This document shows, piece after piece, positions 9,341 to 18,608 of a stretch of 25,755 nucleotides of DNA (position 1 is the stretch's first letter; every line of letters begins with the position of its first letter). The translations under genes were made by a program, and so were the position numbers. Origin of the DNA: Terriglobales bacterium (GTDB lineage: Bacteria; Acidobacteriota; Terriglobia; Terriglobales; Acidobacteriaceae); assembly GCA_037915955.1 (NCBI GenBank), contig JBAIYI010000094.1, forward strand, positions 1 to 25,755. The letters are read 5' to 3'. The notes beneath the pieces were generated by a model that saw only the letters and a program-made list of their open reading frames with translations, ran no database searches and had not been told where the DNA came from.

Positions 9341-9919
9341 ATGCCGGGCGAAATCTCGAAACTACATTCACGACACTTGCGGCGCGCATGGAAGGAAGTG
9401 CAATCGGCCATCGCAGGAATGACTCCCGAGCAAATGACGTGGGCGCCGGAAGGGAAGTGGTCAGCTGCGAATTTGCTTGAGCATCTCTCGCTGGGCTTCC
9501 TCATTACCGTGAAGGCCTCCGGCGTGGTCCTGCGCCAGGAGAGCCCGGGGCTTCCTGAGGCCACGCGGAGCCAGCATTGGTGGACATTTCGGGTCATCAC
9601 GCTCGGGTACCTTCCCATGCGCGTAAAAGCACCCAGAATGGTTTGCCCAAGAGGACAGAGTCCGGAAGAAGCACTTACGGCGCTCATGGAGAACCTGGTG
9701 GAAATGGACCATCGTCTGCAGAAGTGTCACGAAAAATTTGGGACGAAGGTCGGCCTGCTGGCTCATCCGTATCTTGGGCCATTGACGGTAAATCAGTGGA
9801 GGAAGTTTCAGCTTTTTCACGTGCGCCGTCATATGAAGCAGATCTGGCAGCTGAGAAAGCAGATGGCGAGGGCGTCCACGGACGAAGCGGCTTCCCCGGT
9901 GCGGTCATCAGCAGCTTGA
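9341..9919 (+). CDS. DinB/DUF1569-superfamily protein (putative metal-dependent four-helix bundle), about 192 aa
   Basis: WSAANLLEHL and HPYLGPLTVNQWRKFQLFHVRRHMKQI match the DinB His pattern. GGAGG RBS precedes ATG 9341, so this start is preferred over the ORF-track start 9296. Confidence 0.8.
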   Translation: MPGEISKLHSRHLRRAWKEVQSAIAGMTPEQMTWAPEGKWSAANLLEHLSLGFLITVKASGVVLRQESPGLPEATRSQHWWTFRVITLGYLPMRVKAPRMVCPRGQSPEEALTALMENLVEMDHRLQKCHEKFGTKVGLLAHPYLGPLTVNQWRKFQLFHVRRHMKQIWQLRKQMARASTDEAASPVRSSAA

Positions 9920-9923
9920 AGAT

Positions 9924-9959
9924 GGTCCGCCGCTGGACATGGCAGTCCAGAAATGGACA
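9924..9959. promoter_or_regulatory. Tandem dyad site pair A (putative enhancer/UAS of a sigma54 activator)
   Basis: GGTCCG-CCGC-TGGACA (9924-9939) and AGTCCA-GAAA-TGGACA (9944-9959), 20-bp period, upstream of permease 1. Confidence 0.7.
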
Positions 9960-9990
9960 GTTTTCACCGATCTGCGGACCAAAACTTGCA

Positions 9991-10003
9991 TAACTTGTTG
10001 CTT
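9991..10003 (-). promoter_or_regulatory. IHF-like binding site
   Basis: Minus strand reads AAGCAACAAGTTA, one mismatch to WATCAANNNNTTR. It lies between pair A and a candidate -24/-12 element. Confidence 0.4.
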
Positions 10004-10028
10004 TTCAAAGCCCATACGTCTGCCTGAA

Positions 10029-10043
10029 TGGAGCGCAAACTGC
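10029..10043 (+). promoter_or_regulatory. Weak candidate sigma54 -24/-12 promoter for permease 1
   Basis: TGGAGCGCAAACTGC has GG-N10-GC but poor flanks. An alternative, CGGACCAAAACTTGCA, lies at 9975-9990. Confidence 0.3.
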
Positions 10044-10089
10044 GAGCTTAAAAGTGGGCCAAAACTGTGACCGGAATTGGAGATAGAAC

Positions 10090-12549
10090 GTGAGTACCCT
10101 GAGACAAGATATCCAGTACGCACTGCGGCAGATGCTGAAGAACCCCGGCTTTGCGCTCGTGGCGATCGTGACGTTAGCGTTGGGGATCGGCACCAACACA
10201 GCGATTTTCAGCGTGGTCAACGGCTGGCTCAGGCCATTGCCGGTCAAAGATCCCAACCGAGTGGTGGTATTGGCTGCACAGCAAAAGGGAGACACGCTGG
10301 GCATCTATTACTTCTCCTATCCGGACCTGGTTGATTTCCGCAAACAGGCGGCAACATTTTCTGACTTGTTTGCCTACGAGATTGGCCTGGGCGGTCTAAG
10401 CATAGAGGGCAAGGCAGAGCCCGTCGTATTCAGCTACGTGACAGGGAACTTCTTCTCGGCCCTGGGAGTTCAACCCGCCGCAGGCCGACTTTTTCTACCG
10501 AATGAAGGTGAACAGCCCGGCGCAACACCCATGGTGGTGCTGGGCTATTCGTATTGGCAGAAAAGGTTTTCAGGAGACATCGGCATTGTCGGAAAGCAAG
10601 TACGCTTAGATGGCAATGCGGCAGTCGTGATAGGAGTTGCCCCCAGAGGCTTCCACGGCGTGGCGCCGAATGTGGACATGCAGGCATACCTGCCGCTAAG
10701 CATGCTCGCGGGTGAGACTCGCGGAAACGGGCTGTGGACAGAGCGAGGACAGAGAACGCTGGCGGTGCTCGGAAGAGTCAAGGATAACGTTACACTTGCG
10801 CAGGCACAGAGTTCGGTAACTCTTGTCGCAAATCGGCTGGCCCTGGAATATCCAAAGACAGACGATGGAGTCAGCGTCACCGTGGTTCCAGAAAAACTCG
10901 CCCGCCCGGTTCCCAAGATGGCAAGTGCGATTCCTGTGATCGCAGGATTGTTTCTGGTGATGGCCGGAGTGGTGCTCGTGCTTGCGTGTATGAACGTGGC
11001 AAACCTGATGCTCGCGCGAGCCACGACTCGCCAAAAAGAGATATCCGTGCGAATGGCACTGGGAGCGAGCCGTGTCCGCGTTGTGCGGCAATTGCTGACG
11101 GAAAGCATCGTCCTTGCGCTTTTCAGCGGAATATCCGGTGTACTGCTGGGAATGTGGGCCAGTGGCGCAATAGGATCGATCAACCTGGGAACGAAACTCC
11201 CACTGGTGCTGGATTTCGGTTTGGATTGGCGCGTGTTCGCCTATAGCCTGCTGGCGGCGCTGGTGACTGGCGTGATTGTGGGCGCATGGCCAGCATTGCG
11301 CGCAGCCCGCGGTGGACTCAGCGCAGGACTGCAAGACGGAAGCCGCGGCGGATCAGCCAGCGCCAGCAGGGTTCGCGTGCGCAGCCTGCTGGTCGTCGCG
11401 CAGGTAGGCTGCTCTCTTATGCTGCTGGTGGTGGCGGCGCGATTTGTGCGCAGCCTTGATAAGGCACAGCACATGGCGCTCGGCTTTGAGCCGGAGAATG
11501 TGGTTAACGTGATGGTGGATCCACATCAGGTCGGGTACGACCAGACGCGGACAGTCGAGTTCTATCGTGAACTGGAACGGCGCGTGCGAGCGCTGCCCGG
11601 AGTGCAGTCCGCGAGCCAGGCATTCAGCGTCCCCATGGGTAATTACAACGACGGCAGCCCTGTCTATATCGAAGGTCAACCCCTGCCGCCGGGGCAACAG
11701 CCACCGCTGCTTTTCTTCAACAGAATTGGAACGGATTATTTTCAGACATTACGAACTTCGCTGCTTCGCGGACGCACCTTCACGGAAGCAGATAACGGCA
11801 GCGCACCCCTGGTGGCGGTTATCAACCAGGCCATGGCAGACCGCTTCTGGCCGAAAGAGGACGCAGTCGGGAAACGCTTCAGCATGAAGAGCGCCTCCGG
11901 ACCCTTCCTGCAAGTGATTGGCATCGCACATGACAGCAAGCTCTTCGGATACTTCTCCGGAGCGCTACCTTATTATTACGTTCCGTTTGACCAGAACTTC
12001 ACCTCAATGAGGATCCTGCAGGTGCGTTCGTCTGTGGCTTCGGAAACATTGATCTCGCAGCTCAAAGAACAGGTGCAATCGCTCGATCCGGAAATGCCCG
12101 TCTCTGATCTACAGACCATGCGTGAAGTCATGGAAGGCGGAAATGGATTTCTTGTATACCGGCTGGGCGCAGCCCTGACCGCGATCATGGGCATACTCGG
12201 GTTCGTTATCGCGGTGGTGGGTGTGTACGGAGTGGTCTCATTCGCAGCGGCTCAGCGCACGCGGGAAATCGGGGTACGCATGGCGCTTGGAGCCAGCAAA
12301 GGCAACATACTCAATCTCATCCTGGGGCAGGGTGTGCGGCTGATCACCATTGGGGCCATGCTGGGATTGATAGCTGCCTTTGGGCTGACCCGCGCAATGG
12401 CGAAACTGCTGGTAGGAATAAGTGCCGGCGATCCGGGAACGTTTGTTCCCGCTACATCGATCTTACTGCTGGTTGCGCTTGGCGCTTGTTACATACCCGC
12501 GCGACGCGCAATGCGGCTTGATCCAGTGGTTGCTCTGCGTCACGAGTAG
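10090..12549 (+). CDS. ABC transporter permease, duplicated MacB_PCD/FtsX type (ADOP-like), 819 aa
   Basis: N-terminal LRQDIQYALRQMLKNPGF...LALGIGTNTAIFSVVN; two FtsX repeats (RQKEISVRMALGAS and RTREIGVRMALGAS); C-terminal ARRAMRLDPVVALRHE; no Walker motifs. Confidence 0.93.
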   Translation: MSTLRQDIQYALRQMLKNPGFALVAIVTLALGIGTNTAIFSVVNGWLRPLPVKDPNRVVVLAAQQKGDTLGIYYFSYPDLVDFRKQAATFSDLFAYEIGLGGLSIEGKAEPVVFSYVTGNFFSALGVQPAAGRLFLPNEGEQPGATPMVVLGYSYWQKRFSGDIGIVGKQVRLDGNAAVVIGVAPRGFHGVAPNVDMQAYLPLSMLAGETRGNGLWTERGQRTLAVLGRVKDNVTLAQAQSSVTLVANRLALEYPKTDDGVSVTVVPEKLARPVPKMASAIPVIAGLFLVMAGVVLVLACMNVANLMLARATTRQKEISVRMALGASRVRVVRQLLTESIVLALFSGISGVLLGMWASGAIGSINLGTKLPLVLDFGLDWRVFAYSLLAALVTGVIVGAWPALRAARGGLSAGLQDGSRGGSASASRVRVRSLLVVAQVGCSLMLLVVAARFVRSLDKAQHMALGFEPENVVNVMVDPHQVGYDQTRTVEFYRELERRVRALPGVQSASQAFSVPMGNYNDGSPVYIEGQPLPPGQQPPLLFFNRIGTDYFQTLRTSLLRGRTFTEADNGSAPLVAVINQAMADRFWPKEDAVGKRFSMKSASGPFLQVIGIAHDSKLFGYFSGALPYYYVPFDQNFTSMRILQVRSSVASETLISQLKEQVQSLDPEMPVSDLQTMREVMEGGNGFLVYRLGAALTAIMGILGFVIAVVGVYGVVSFAAAQRTREIGVRMALGASKGNILNLILGQGVRLITIGAMLGLIAAFGLTRAMAKLLVGISAGDPGTFVPATSILLLVALGACYIPARRAMRLDPVVALRHE

Positions 12550-12587
12550 GCTGCGAACCTGCAACTCCCCCTGACGCGACTGGTGCA

Positions 12588-12641
12588 TTACGGCCCGGGA
12601 CGGTCAAAGCTGGCTGCTCCCGGGCCGTAACTTTCTTTTTT
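12588..12641 (+). terminator. Rho-independent terminator after permease 1, between convergent genes
   Basis: Perfect 13-bp stem TTACGGCCCGGGA (12588-12600) / TCCCGGGCCGTAA (12618-12630), followed by CTTTCTTTTTT. Confidence 0.8.
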
Positions 12642-12645
12642 CGCA

Positions 12646-14064
12646 TCATTGCGACTGCGCGCCGTTCCCATGGGCGACGATGCACTCCGGGATTTTGATT
12701 TCAGCTTCGCAACCGGAAACATCAACGCGATTGCGAAGAAGCAGGCTTCCGCCGTGCGCCTCCACGATCTGCCGGCACAGCACCAGACCTATTCCGGCCC
12801 CGCCTTCCTTGGTCGTATAAAACGGCACAAATAAATTGGATGGATCAAGAAGGCCGAGACCCTGATCGCGGACCCACAATTCGAGATCACTGCCCGTTTG
12901 CTTCCAACTCACTGTCACTAGCGGTTCATCCCGCTGTGACGCTTCGGGTCTGGCCAGCACTGCTTCGGTGGCGTTCTTGATGAGGTTAATTAAGACCTGC
13001 TCCAATTGATCAGGATCCAGGTTGACGGTGAGTTCCGGTCCGGGATCCAGTCCGACCTGCAGCCTGCATTCAAGCCCGGCAACCCGCTTGAGCAGCTTGT
13101 TCAGGCATACATCGCGGCGGGCAGGTGCAGGAAGCCGAGTGAGCTGGGCATAACTCTGAAGGAAGCGATTTAACGCTTCGGCACGCGTTCCAATCACTTC
13201 CAGTCCAAGATCAACGTCCTTGTGGATGCGGTCCGGCAGCGTGGTTTGCGAAAGGATCCTTGCAAGCGTGCGGGACACGGACTTGATCGGAGCCAGAGAA
13301 TTGTTGATCTCATGGCTCAAGACGCGGACCATGCGCTGCCATGCCTGACGCTCTTCCGCGCGTAGAGCTTCTGAAGCTTCCGAGAGCAAGATCAGCCTGT
13401 GAGGAATGCCGCTCTGGCGGAAGTGCGTACGGCGGACGATCCAACGCTTCTCCTGGCCATTTGAAAAGCGCGAGATGGTTTGCGAAGGCGGCCCTTCCAG
13501 CAGCTCGGCAATACCGAGATCGGCCGCGGTGCTGCTGATCGCTGTGGTTTCACGTATCCCCAAGAACCTGGCCGCGGCACGATTATGGAGTTGAAGGCGG
13601 CCGTCCATGGTGAATGCCATGATGACGTCATCCGCTTCCGAGATGACCTTACGCAGCAGGTTTTCGGCTTCCATGGTTCCCAGGCGCTCAGATTCAAGCG
13701 CGCGGGCGAGATTGTTGATTTCAATTGCCAGGTCGCCAAGAGCATCACCGGACAAGGCGCGTGTAGCGCGAAACGAAAAGTCTTCTTCCTTCACTGAGGC
13801 GACGACATTCGAGAGGACGCGCATGGCATTCACGACCCGATTGCGCGCGGAGAAGGCCAGCCCGAGCCAGAAGAGCCCGACAAATACAGTTCCCTCAATC
13901 TTATGGTCGAGAGCATAAGAGCCGGACCAGAGCAGAGCAAACGCCAGGACCCCACAAGGAAGCCCAGTGGCGAGAACGGAAAACAGCAGCCTTCGTTCGA
14001 AGGGTATGCTGGATGCCGGCTTATGCTTTCTCTTTTTTGACTGCGGAAGGAACATAGAGGCCAT
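12646..14064 (-). CDS. Membrane sensor histidine kinase (NtrY/NtrB-like, PAS-like central region), about 472 aa
   Basis: Two N-terminal TM segments; H-box LSHEINNSLAPI; N-box EQVLINLIKNA; G1 DQGLG; F-box LFVPFYTTK; G2 GAGIGL. Start placed at ATG 14064 (MASMFLPQ; alternative 14055) rather than 14175. Confidence 0.92.
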   Translation of the reverse strand: MASMFLPQSKKRKHKPASSIPFERRLLFSVLATGLPCGVLAFALLWSGSYALDHKIEGTVFVGLFWLGLAFSARNRVVNAMRVLSNVVASVKEEDFSFRATRALSGDALGDLAIEINNLARALESERLGTMEAENLLRKVISEADDVIMAFTMDGRLQLHNRAAARFLGIRETTAISSTAADLGIAELLEGPPSQTISRFSNGQEKRWIVRRTHFRQSGIPHRLILLSEASEALRAEERQAWQRMVRVLSHEINNSLAPIKSVSRTLARILSQTTLPDRIHKDVDLGLEVIGTRAEALNRFLQSYAQLTRLPAPARRDVCLNKLLKRVAGLECRLQVGLDPGPELTVNLDPDQLEQVLINLIKNATEAVLARPEASQRDEPLVTVSWKQTGSDLELWVRDQGLGLLDPSNLFVPFYTTKEGGAGIGLVLCRQIVEAHGGSLLLRNRVDVSGCEAEIKIPECIVAHGNGAQSQ

Positions 14065-15517
14065 GTTTTTCCATGCGCCGGTAGAAGGTTCCCCTGCTGA
14101 GTCCCAGGATCTCCGCAGCCTGGCTAACGTTGCCATTGAAGCGCGCGAGCGCCTTGCCGATGAGCAAGGCCTCAACCTGTTCCAGGCTCATATCTCCGAG
14201 CCCTGTGGCATCAGCGACGCTAGCCGTAGTGAGTCCCAGATGACTGGCCTCAATCCTTTCGTCACGGCACATAAGAACACCACGTTCGATGGTGTGGTCC
14301 AGCTCCCGCACATTGCCCGGCCATGAGTAATCGAGGAGCTTTTTCATTGCTTCCGGAGTGAAACCCTCAATCTGCTTGCCGTAACGCGTGCTGTACTTAT
14401 GCAGAAAGTGCGCCGCCAACGCGGGTATGTCTTCCTTCCGCTCGCGGAGGGCGGGCAGGTGAATTTCTACAGTATTTAAACGGAACAGGAGGTCTTCGCG
14501 GAAATCGCCGGCCGCGCAGGCAGCCTTGAGGTCAGCGTTGGTGGCGGAAATAACACGAACATTCACCTTTTGAGTCCGGGACGAACCGACCCGCTCCATT
14601 TCTCCGGTTTCCAGAACACGAAGAAGGCGGGCCTGCTGCCGCATGGGAACATTGGCTATTTCATCCAGGAAGAGGGTGCCGCCATCGGCCATCTCAAAGC
14701 GGCCGATGCGATCGGTACGCGCGTCAGTGAATGCGCCGCGGACATGCCCGAAGAGTTCGCTTTCGAAGGTGCCTTCCGGAAGACCGCCTGTGTTCACGGT
14801 GATGAGAGGTTTTTCTGCCCGGCGCGAGACGGCATGGAGCATCTGAGCAACGACTTCCTTGCCGGTGCCGTGCTCGCCGGTGATGAGCACGCTGGCGTCC
14901 GAAGGACCGAATTGGGCAATTGCATCGGCCACGGGACGCATGGAGGGCGCCTGGGCAATGAATGTGGTGCGCCCGCGGTTCCGCATCAGATGATTTTCTG
15001 CCGCCAGTCGCTGCCCCTGACGAAGGGCGCGGTAGAGTTCGGCATGCACGGTGATGGTAGCGACCAGCCGCTCATCATCCCACGGCTTCTGGATGAAGTC
15101 ACGCGCACCGCGACGCACCGCGGCAACCGCTAAATCAATGGTTCCCCATGCGGTCATCACGATAATCGGAATCTGACTGTCAATTTCGCGGATACGATCC
15201 AGAAGCTCGATGCCTTCGCGTCCCGAGGTGGTATCGCGCGCGTAATTCAGGTCGAGCAGCAATGCATCGTATTCGCGCAGTGTAATGGACTCGAGCACGA
15301 CCTGAGGCGAGCGAACGCAGTCAACCTCGAAGCCATGGGAGCGAAAGAGCAACTTCAGAGCATCGAGAACGGCAGCCTGATCATCGGCCACCAGGATGCG
15401 GTAGGGGTGTTCGCTGATACGCACGCTGCTGTCCTCTCTTGCGTAAACAGGCATTGCACCGATTGAGAGGAGATCTGCGGCGAGGTCAAATGGGTATAGC
15501 GTTCCCATTGTCATCAC
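14021..15517 (-). CDS. Sigma54-dependent response regulator (REC-AAA+-Fis HTH); start uncertain (15517 is coupled to the permease 2 stop, or 15454)
   Basis: REC motifs ILVADD, LLDLNY, MTAWG and FIQKPW; Walker A GEHGTGKE; ESELFGHVRGAFTDA; TLFLDEI; WPGNVREL; HTH GNVSQAAEILGLSRGTFYRRM. Confidence 0.95.
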   Translation of the reverse strand: MMTMGTLYPFDLAADLLSIGAMPVYAREDSSVRISEHPYRILVADDQAAVLDALKLLFRSHGFEVDCVRSPQVVLESITLREYDALLLDLNYARDTTSGREGIELLDRIREIDSQIPIIVMTAWGTIDLAVAAVRRGARDFIQKPWDDERLVATITVHAELYRALRQGQRLAAENHLMRNRGRTTFIAQAPSMRPVADAIAQFGPSDASVLITGEHGTGKEVVAQMLHAVSRRAEKPLITVNTGGLPEGTFESELFGHVRGAFTDARTDRIGRFEMADGGTLFLDEIANVPMRQQARLLRVLETGEMERVGSSRTQKVNVRVISATNADLKAACAAGDFREDLLFRLNTVEIHLPALRERKEDIPALAAHFLHKYSTRYGKQIEGFTPEAMKKLLDYSWPGNVRELDHTIERGVLMCRDERIEASHLGLTTASVADATGLGDMSLEQVEALLIGKALARFNGNVSQAAEILGLSRGTFYRRMEKHGLYVPSAVKKEKA

Positions 15518-17949
15518 TCGCTCCTCAGCACGGCCATCGGCTCAATCGCCGTTGCACGAACAGCGATCAGCAGGCTGGTCACGAGAGCAATGCCGGCAAG
15601 AACAAGCGCAGCGCCAGCCAGCGAGCTCCATGTTATGCCGACCGTATTATAGATTACGAGTTTCAGCGTGTTTGCGAGTAGAACGCTCGCCAAAGCGCCG
15701 AGCGCGATTCCAATCAGTACCATACCGACTCCCTGCCTGATAATCAGGCTGATGATGTGAGCGCGCCTGGCGCCCACTGCCACGCGCATGGCAATCTCAC
15801 GCGTGCGCAAGACGAGGTGATAACTGAGCAGCCCGTAAAGGCCAACCGCGGTGAGTAACAGGGCGAAAACCCCAAAGATACCGGTAAGAGACACGTAAAA
15901 ACGAGGTCGAGCCAGCGAACCAGAAAGGACCTCCCGGAGAGGCCGAAGCGAGACGAGAGCAAGGTCAGAATCAGCACTTGCCAGCGGATGGCTGAGCGCC
16001 TGATAAAGATTGGCGCGACTGCTGGAACGGATCACGACAGACGTGGGAAACAGCAGATTTACGAAAACGGAAATTTTATCGGGGGTCTGTTTCAGACAAA
16101 TGAACGATGTGGGCGGAGCAGGTCGATCCAGCCCAGCTTCATGGACGTCAGCGACCACACCAACCACTTCGCGGGGAACGTCAGAGAATTGAGAGCCTAG
16201 ATCACTCCGCAGCGCGATGAACTTTCCCACGGCGGATTGATTCGGCCACCAGCGCCGAGCCAGAGTCTCATTCACGATAATCACCGGGCGGCCACCCTGG
16301 TCGTCGCGATCCGAGAAAGTGCGCCCGGTCCGAACGGGGATTCGCATTGTCTGGAAATATCCCGGGGTGATCACGCGCAGCTGGGATTCGCCATAGATCG
16401 TCTTGTCCTGTGCGTCCACAGGATAGAGCGGAAGGCCGAGCCCTTGTTCGAGGGGTAATCCATTGATTGTGGCGACGCTCTCCACGCCTGGCACCTGGGT
16501 CAAGGCATCGCGAATCTGATCAATCAACTGCACGGTGGCAGGCGTGGTGGTGTAGCGCCCGTCAATGAGCGAGATTTGCGCGACAGAAACCCCTTCCGCC
16601 TCAAAACCCGGCGAGACTGCATGGAGACGTAGAAACTGCGTCAACAGGGATGCTGTGCCCGCGAGCAGGCACAGCGTGAGCGCGGTCTGGGCAGTCACGA
16701 GAGCGCTCCCCAGCCGGGTCTGCTGGACCGTGGAAGTGCCCGAGAGAGGTGATTGTCGCAGTACGTCCTGGATGTGCACACCGGACATACGCAATGCAGG
16801 CGCTATGCCAGGCAGAACGGCTGCCGCGGCGGAGATCAACAAGATGAACAAGAGGACGTTGCCATCGATGGCTATGGCAGAGCTGAGGGGCAGGTCAGCC
16901 GGAGCCAGCCACTTGACGACGGGGATCAACTCCTTGCCCGCAATGGCGCCGAGGATACCTCCAGAAACCGCGATGAGCACGGCCTCCATCAGCCCCACGC
17001 TGATCAGGCGCCACCTGCTGGATCCAAGGGCAGCGCGAATGGCGAATTCATGACGCCGGGACGCTCCACGGACGGTAAAACACAAAGCCAGATTTGTGCA
17101 GGTGATAAGCAGAACAAATACGACTGCCCCGAATAACGAATAAAGACCGCGCCGGGTACCATCGACGATGAAGGATTGGAGTTCCTCAGGAACAAGGGCG
17201 GTTTCCGACGCCATGGAACGCAACGGATAAGTCGACCGGTATTCCGCAGATGTCGCCAGCTCCTGACGGGCCTGTTCTGCAGTGACGCCACCCTTCAGGC
17301 GGGCGATTACCCGATATTCGTTTCCCGCATCAGCGTTTGCCGGCGTGAGCCGCAATGGTATCCAGAGGTCCGCGGAGGGAAATGACCGAAACTTTTGCGG
17401 CATGATGCCGACGACAGTGTAGGGTTCGCCACTGATCCTAACGGAGGAGCCGATCACCGCAAGGTCTTTGTTGTAATCCTGGACCCAGGCGCCATAGCTC
17501 AACAGGACAGCGCGCGGGCCGCCGGGCTGGTCCTCTTCAGGAAGAAAGTCGCGGCCACGGTAAGGTGCTGCGCCAAGCGTCCGGAAGAAATTCAGAGATA
17601 CCTTCTGCACGTGCCTGTACTGAGGAGTTCCTATTCCGGCAACATTTACTCCACTATCCCGCGCTGCGGCAATGCTGGAAAAGAAGTGACCGCGCTCTTT
17701 CAGCTCGAAAAACGCAGACGCGGAGATATCGCGGGTAAGGCGACCTTCTGGGCCATACCAGGTCAAGATCACCAGCCGTTCAGGCTCCGAATAAGGGAGA
17801 GGGCGGAGCAATGCGGCATTGATGACACTGAACACAACCACGTTCGCGGCGATACCGATCGCGAGCGTCAAAACAGCCATCACCGTGAACCCCTGAGTAC
17901 GCTGAAGCGAACGCAGAGAATATGTGATGTCCTGTAAAAAACTGTGCAT
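15514..17949 (-). CDS. Second duplicated ABC permease (ADOP-like); likely start ATG 17949 (MHSFLQD...), ORF-track start 18006
   Basis: FLQDITYSLRSL...LTLAIGIAANVVVFSVINA; RRHEFAIRAALGSS; RTREIAMRVAVGA; C-terminal RATAIEPMAVLRSE; stop overlaps the regulator start. Confidence 0.92.
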   Translation of the reverse strand: MHSFLQDITYSLRSLQRTQGFTVMAVLTLAIGIAANVVVFSVINAALLRPLPYSEPERLVILTWYGPEGRLTRDISASAFFELKERGHFFSSIAAARDSGVNVAGIGTPQYRHVQKVSLNFFRTLGAAPYRGRDFLPEEDQPGGPRAVLLSYGAWVQDYNKDLAVIGSSVRISGEPYTVVGIMPQKFRSFPSADLWIPLRLTPANADAGNEYRVIARLKGGVTAEQARQELATSAEYRSTYPLRSMASETALVPEELQSFIVDGTRRGLYSLFGAVVFVLLITCTNLALCFTVRGASRRHEFAIRAALGSSRWRLISVGLMEAVLIAVSGGILGAIAGKELIPVVKWLAPADLPLSSAIAIDGNVLLFILLISAAAAVLPGIAPALRMSGVHIQDVLRQSPLSGTSTVQQTRLGSALVTAQTALTLCLLAGTASLLTQFLRLHAVSPGFEAEGVSVAQISLIDGRYTTTPATVQLIDQIRDALTQVPGVESVATINGLPLEQGLGLPLYPVDAQDKTIYGESQLRVITPGYFQTMRIPVRTGRTFSDRDDQGGRPVIIVNETLARRWWPNQSAVGKFIALRSDLGSQFSDVPREVVGVVADVHEAGLDRPAPPTSFICLKQTPDKISVFVNLLFPTSVVIRSSSRANLYQALSHPLASADSDLALVSLRPLREVLSGSLARPRFYVSLTGIFGVFALLLTAVGLYGLLSYHLVLRTREIAMRVAVGARRAHIISLIIRQGVGMVLIGIALGALASVLLANTLKLVIYNTVGITWSSLAGAALVLAGIALVTSLLIAVRATAIEPMAVLRSE

Positions 17950-18027
17950 TGCGCCGTGGCATCTCCTGGAACCCACTGCCGCCGTGGAGTACTCACTCTG
18001 CTCCACGGCGAGTGCTCTCTTTCAGCA

Positions 18028-18043
18028 GGCACTCGAAGGGCCA
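18028..18043 (-). promoter_or_regulatory. Candidate sigma54 -24/-12 promoter for the permease 2-regulator-kinase operon
   Basis: Minus strand TGGCCCTTCGAGTGCC has GG-N10-GC, about 50 bp downstream of pair B. Confidence 0.55.
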
Positions 18044-18093
18044 CACATAACTACTGATGATTCAAGGGATTCGGGCTGAACGGACACCTATTT

Positions 18094-18129
18094 TGTCCGC
18101 GGGCGGACACCCCTGTCCAGTGCTGGACA
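18094..18129. promoter_or_regulatory. Tandem dyad site pair B (best match to consensus)
   Basis: TGTCCG-CGGG-CGGACA (18094-18109) and TGTCCA-GTGC-TGGACA (18114-18129), both perfect dyads, 20-bp period. Confidence 0.8.
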
Positions 18130-18242
18130 GTAAAAAATCTGAGCGTCCAATGGTGGCCACTGCGGTGATTTCCACCGGACCTCCGCTGCCGCGGCCACAC
18201 GCACTGGCAAACCCGGTGCTTTCTCGTTTACTCCCTCGCAAA

Positions 18243-18278
18243 TGTTCGCACGTGGACATGGCAATCCAGCTCTGGACA
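18243..18278. promoter_or_regulatory. Tandem dyad site pair C, upstream of lanA-lanKC
   Basis: TGTTCG-CACG-TGGACA (18243-18258) and AATCCA-GCTC-TGGACA (18263-18278), 20-bp period, with the same TGGC spacer as pair A. Confidence 0.65.
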
Positions 18279-18542
18279 ACCAGAACCCCGCTGGATCGAT
18301 TCACAAGGTGCAAAGAATCGGAATGTGAGTGCGCAAATTTGCACTCAGGAAACATCGGTTTTTGCGAGAGGAAAAGAGGGACCGGCATGGGTGCTCTGCC
18401 CGGACGGCAAAATTAGGAAACACATAGCTTTGCGCTGTTTTTGCGAATCCCGAAATAGAAAACTCGGAAGCAGTGGAGAGCGTGTGATCTTCGATTCTCT
18501 GAAACTGTATTCGTGGTTGTCACAAAGGGTGTGTGACGGATT

Positions 18543-18558
18543 TGGCAGAGATCATGCT
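18543..18558 (+). promoter_or_regulatory. Sigma54 -24/-12 promoter of lanA-lanKC
   Basis: TGGCAGAGATCATGCT: GG at 18544-45 and GC at 18556-57 with exactly 10 nt between, about 50 nt upstream of the precursor ATG. Confidence 0.7.
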
Positions 18559-18608
18559 ATTCAGATCAGCGGGCCCCCAAAACCTTGAGATCAATCAGGA
18601 GAACAGCC

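Noticed and set aside
520-11334. Long opposite-strand ORFs (520..1113, 8902..9687, 10545..11183, 10696..11334)
   Set aside because: They are shadows of well-supported plus-strand genes in GC-rich DNA and have no motifs.
14065-14175. ORF-track N-terminal extension of the sensor kinase
   Set aside because: It overlaps the response regulator's HTH-coding region and lacks kinase-like features. An ATG near the regulator stop is more plausible.
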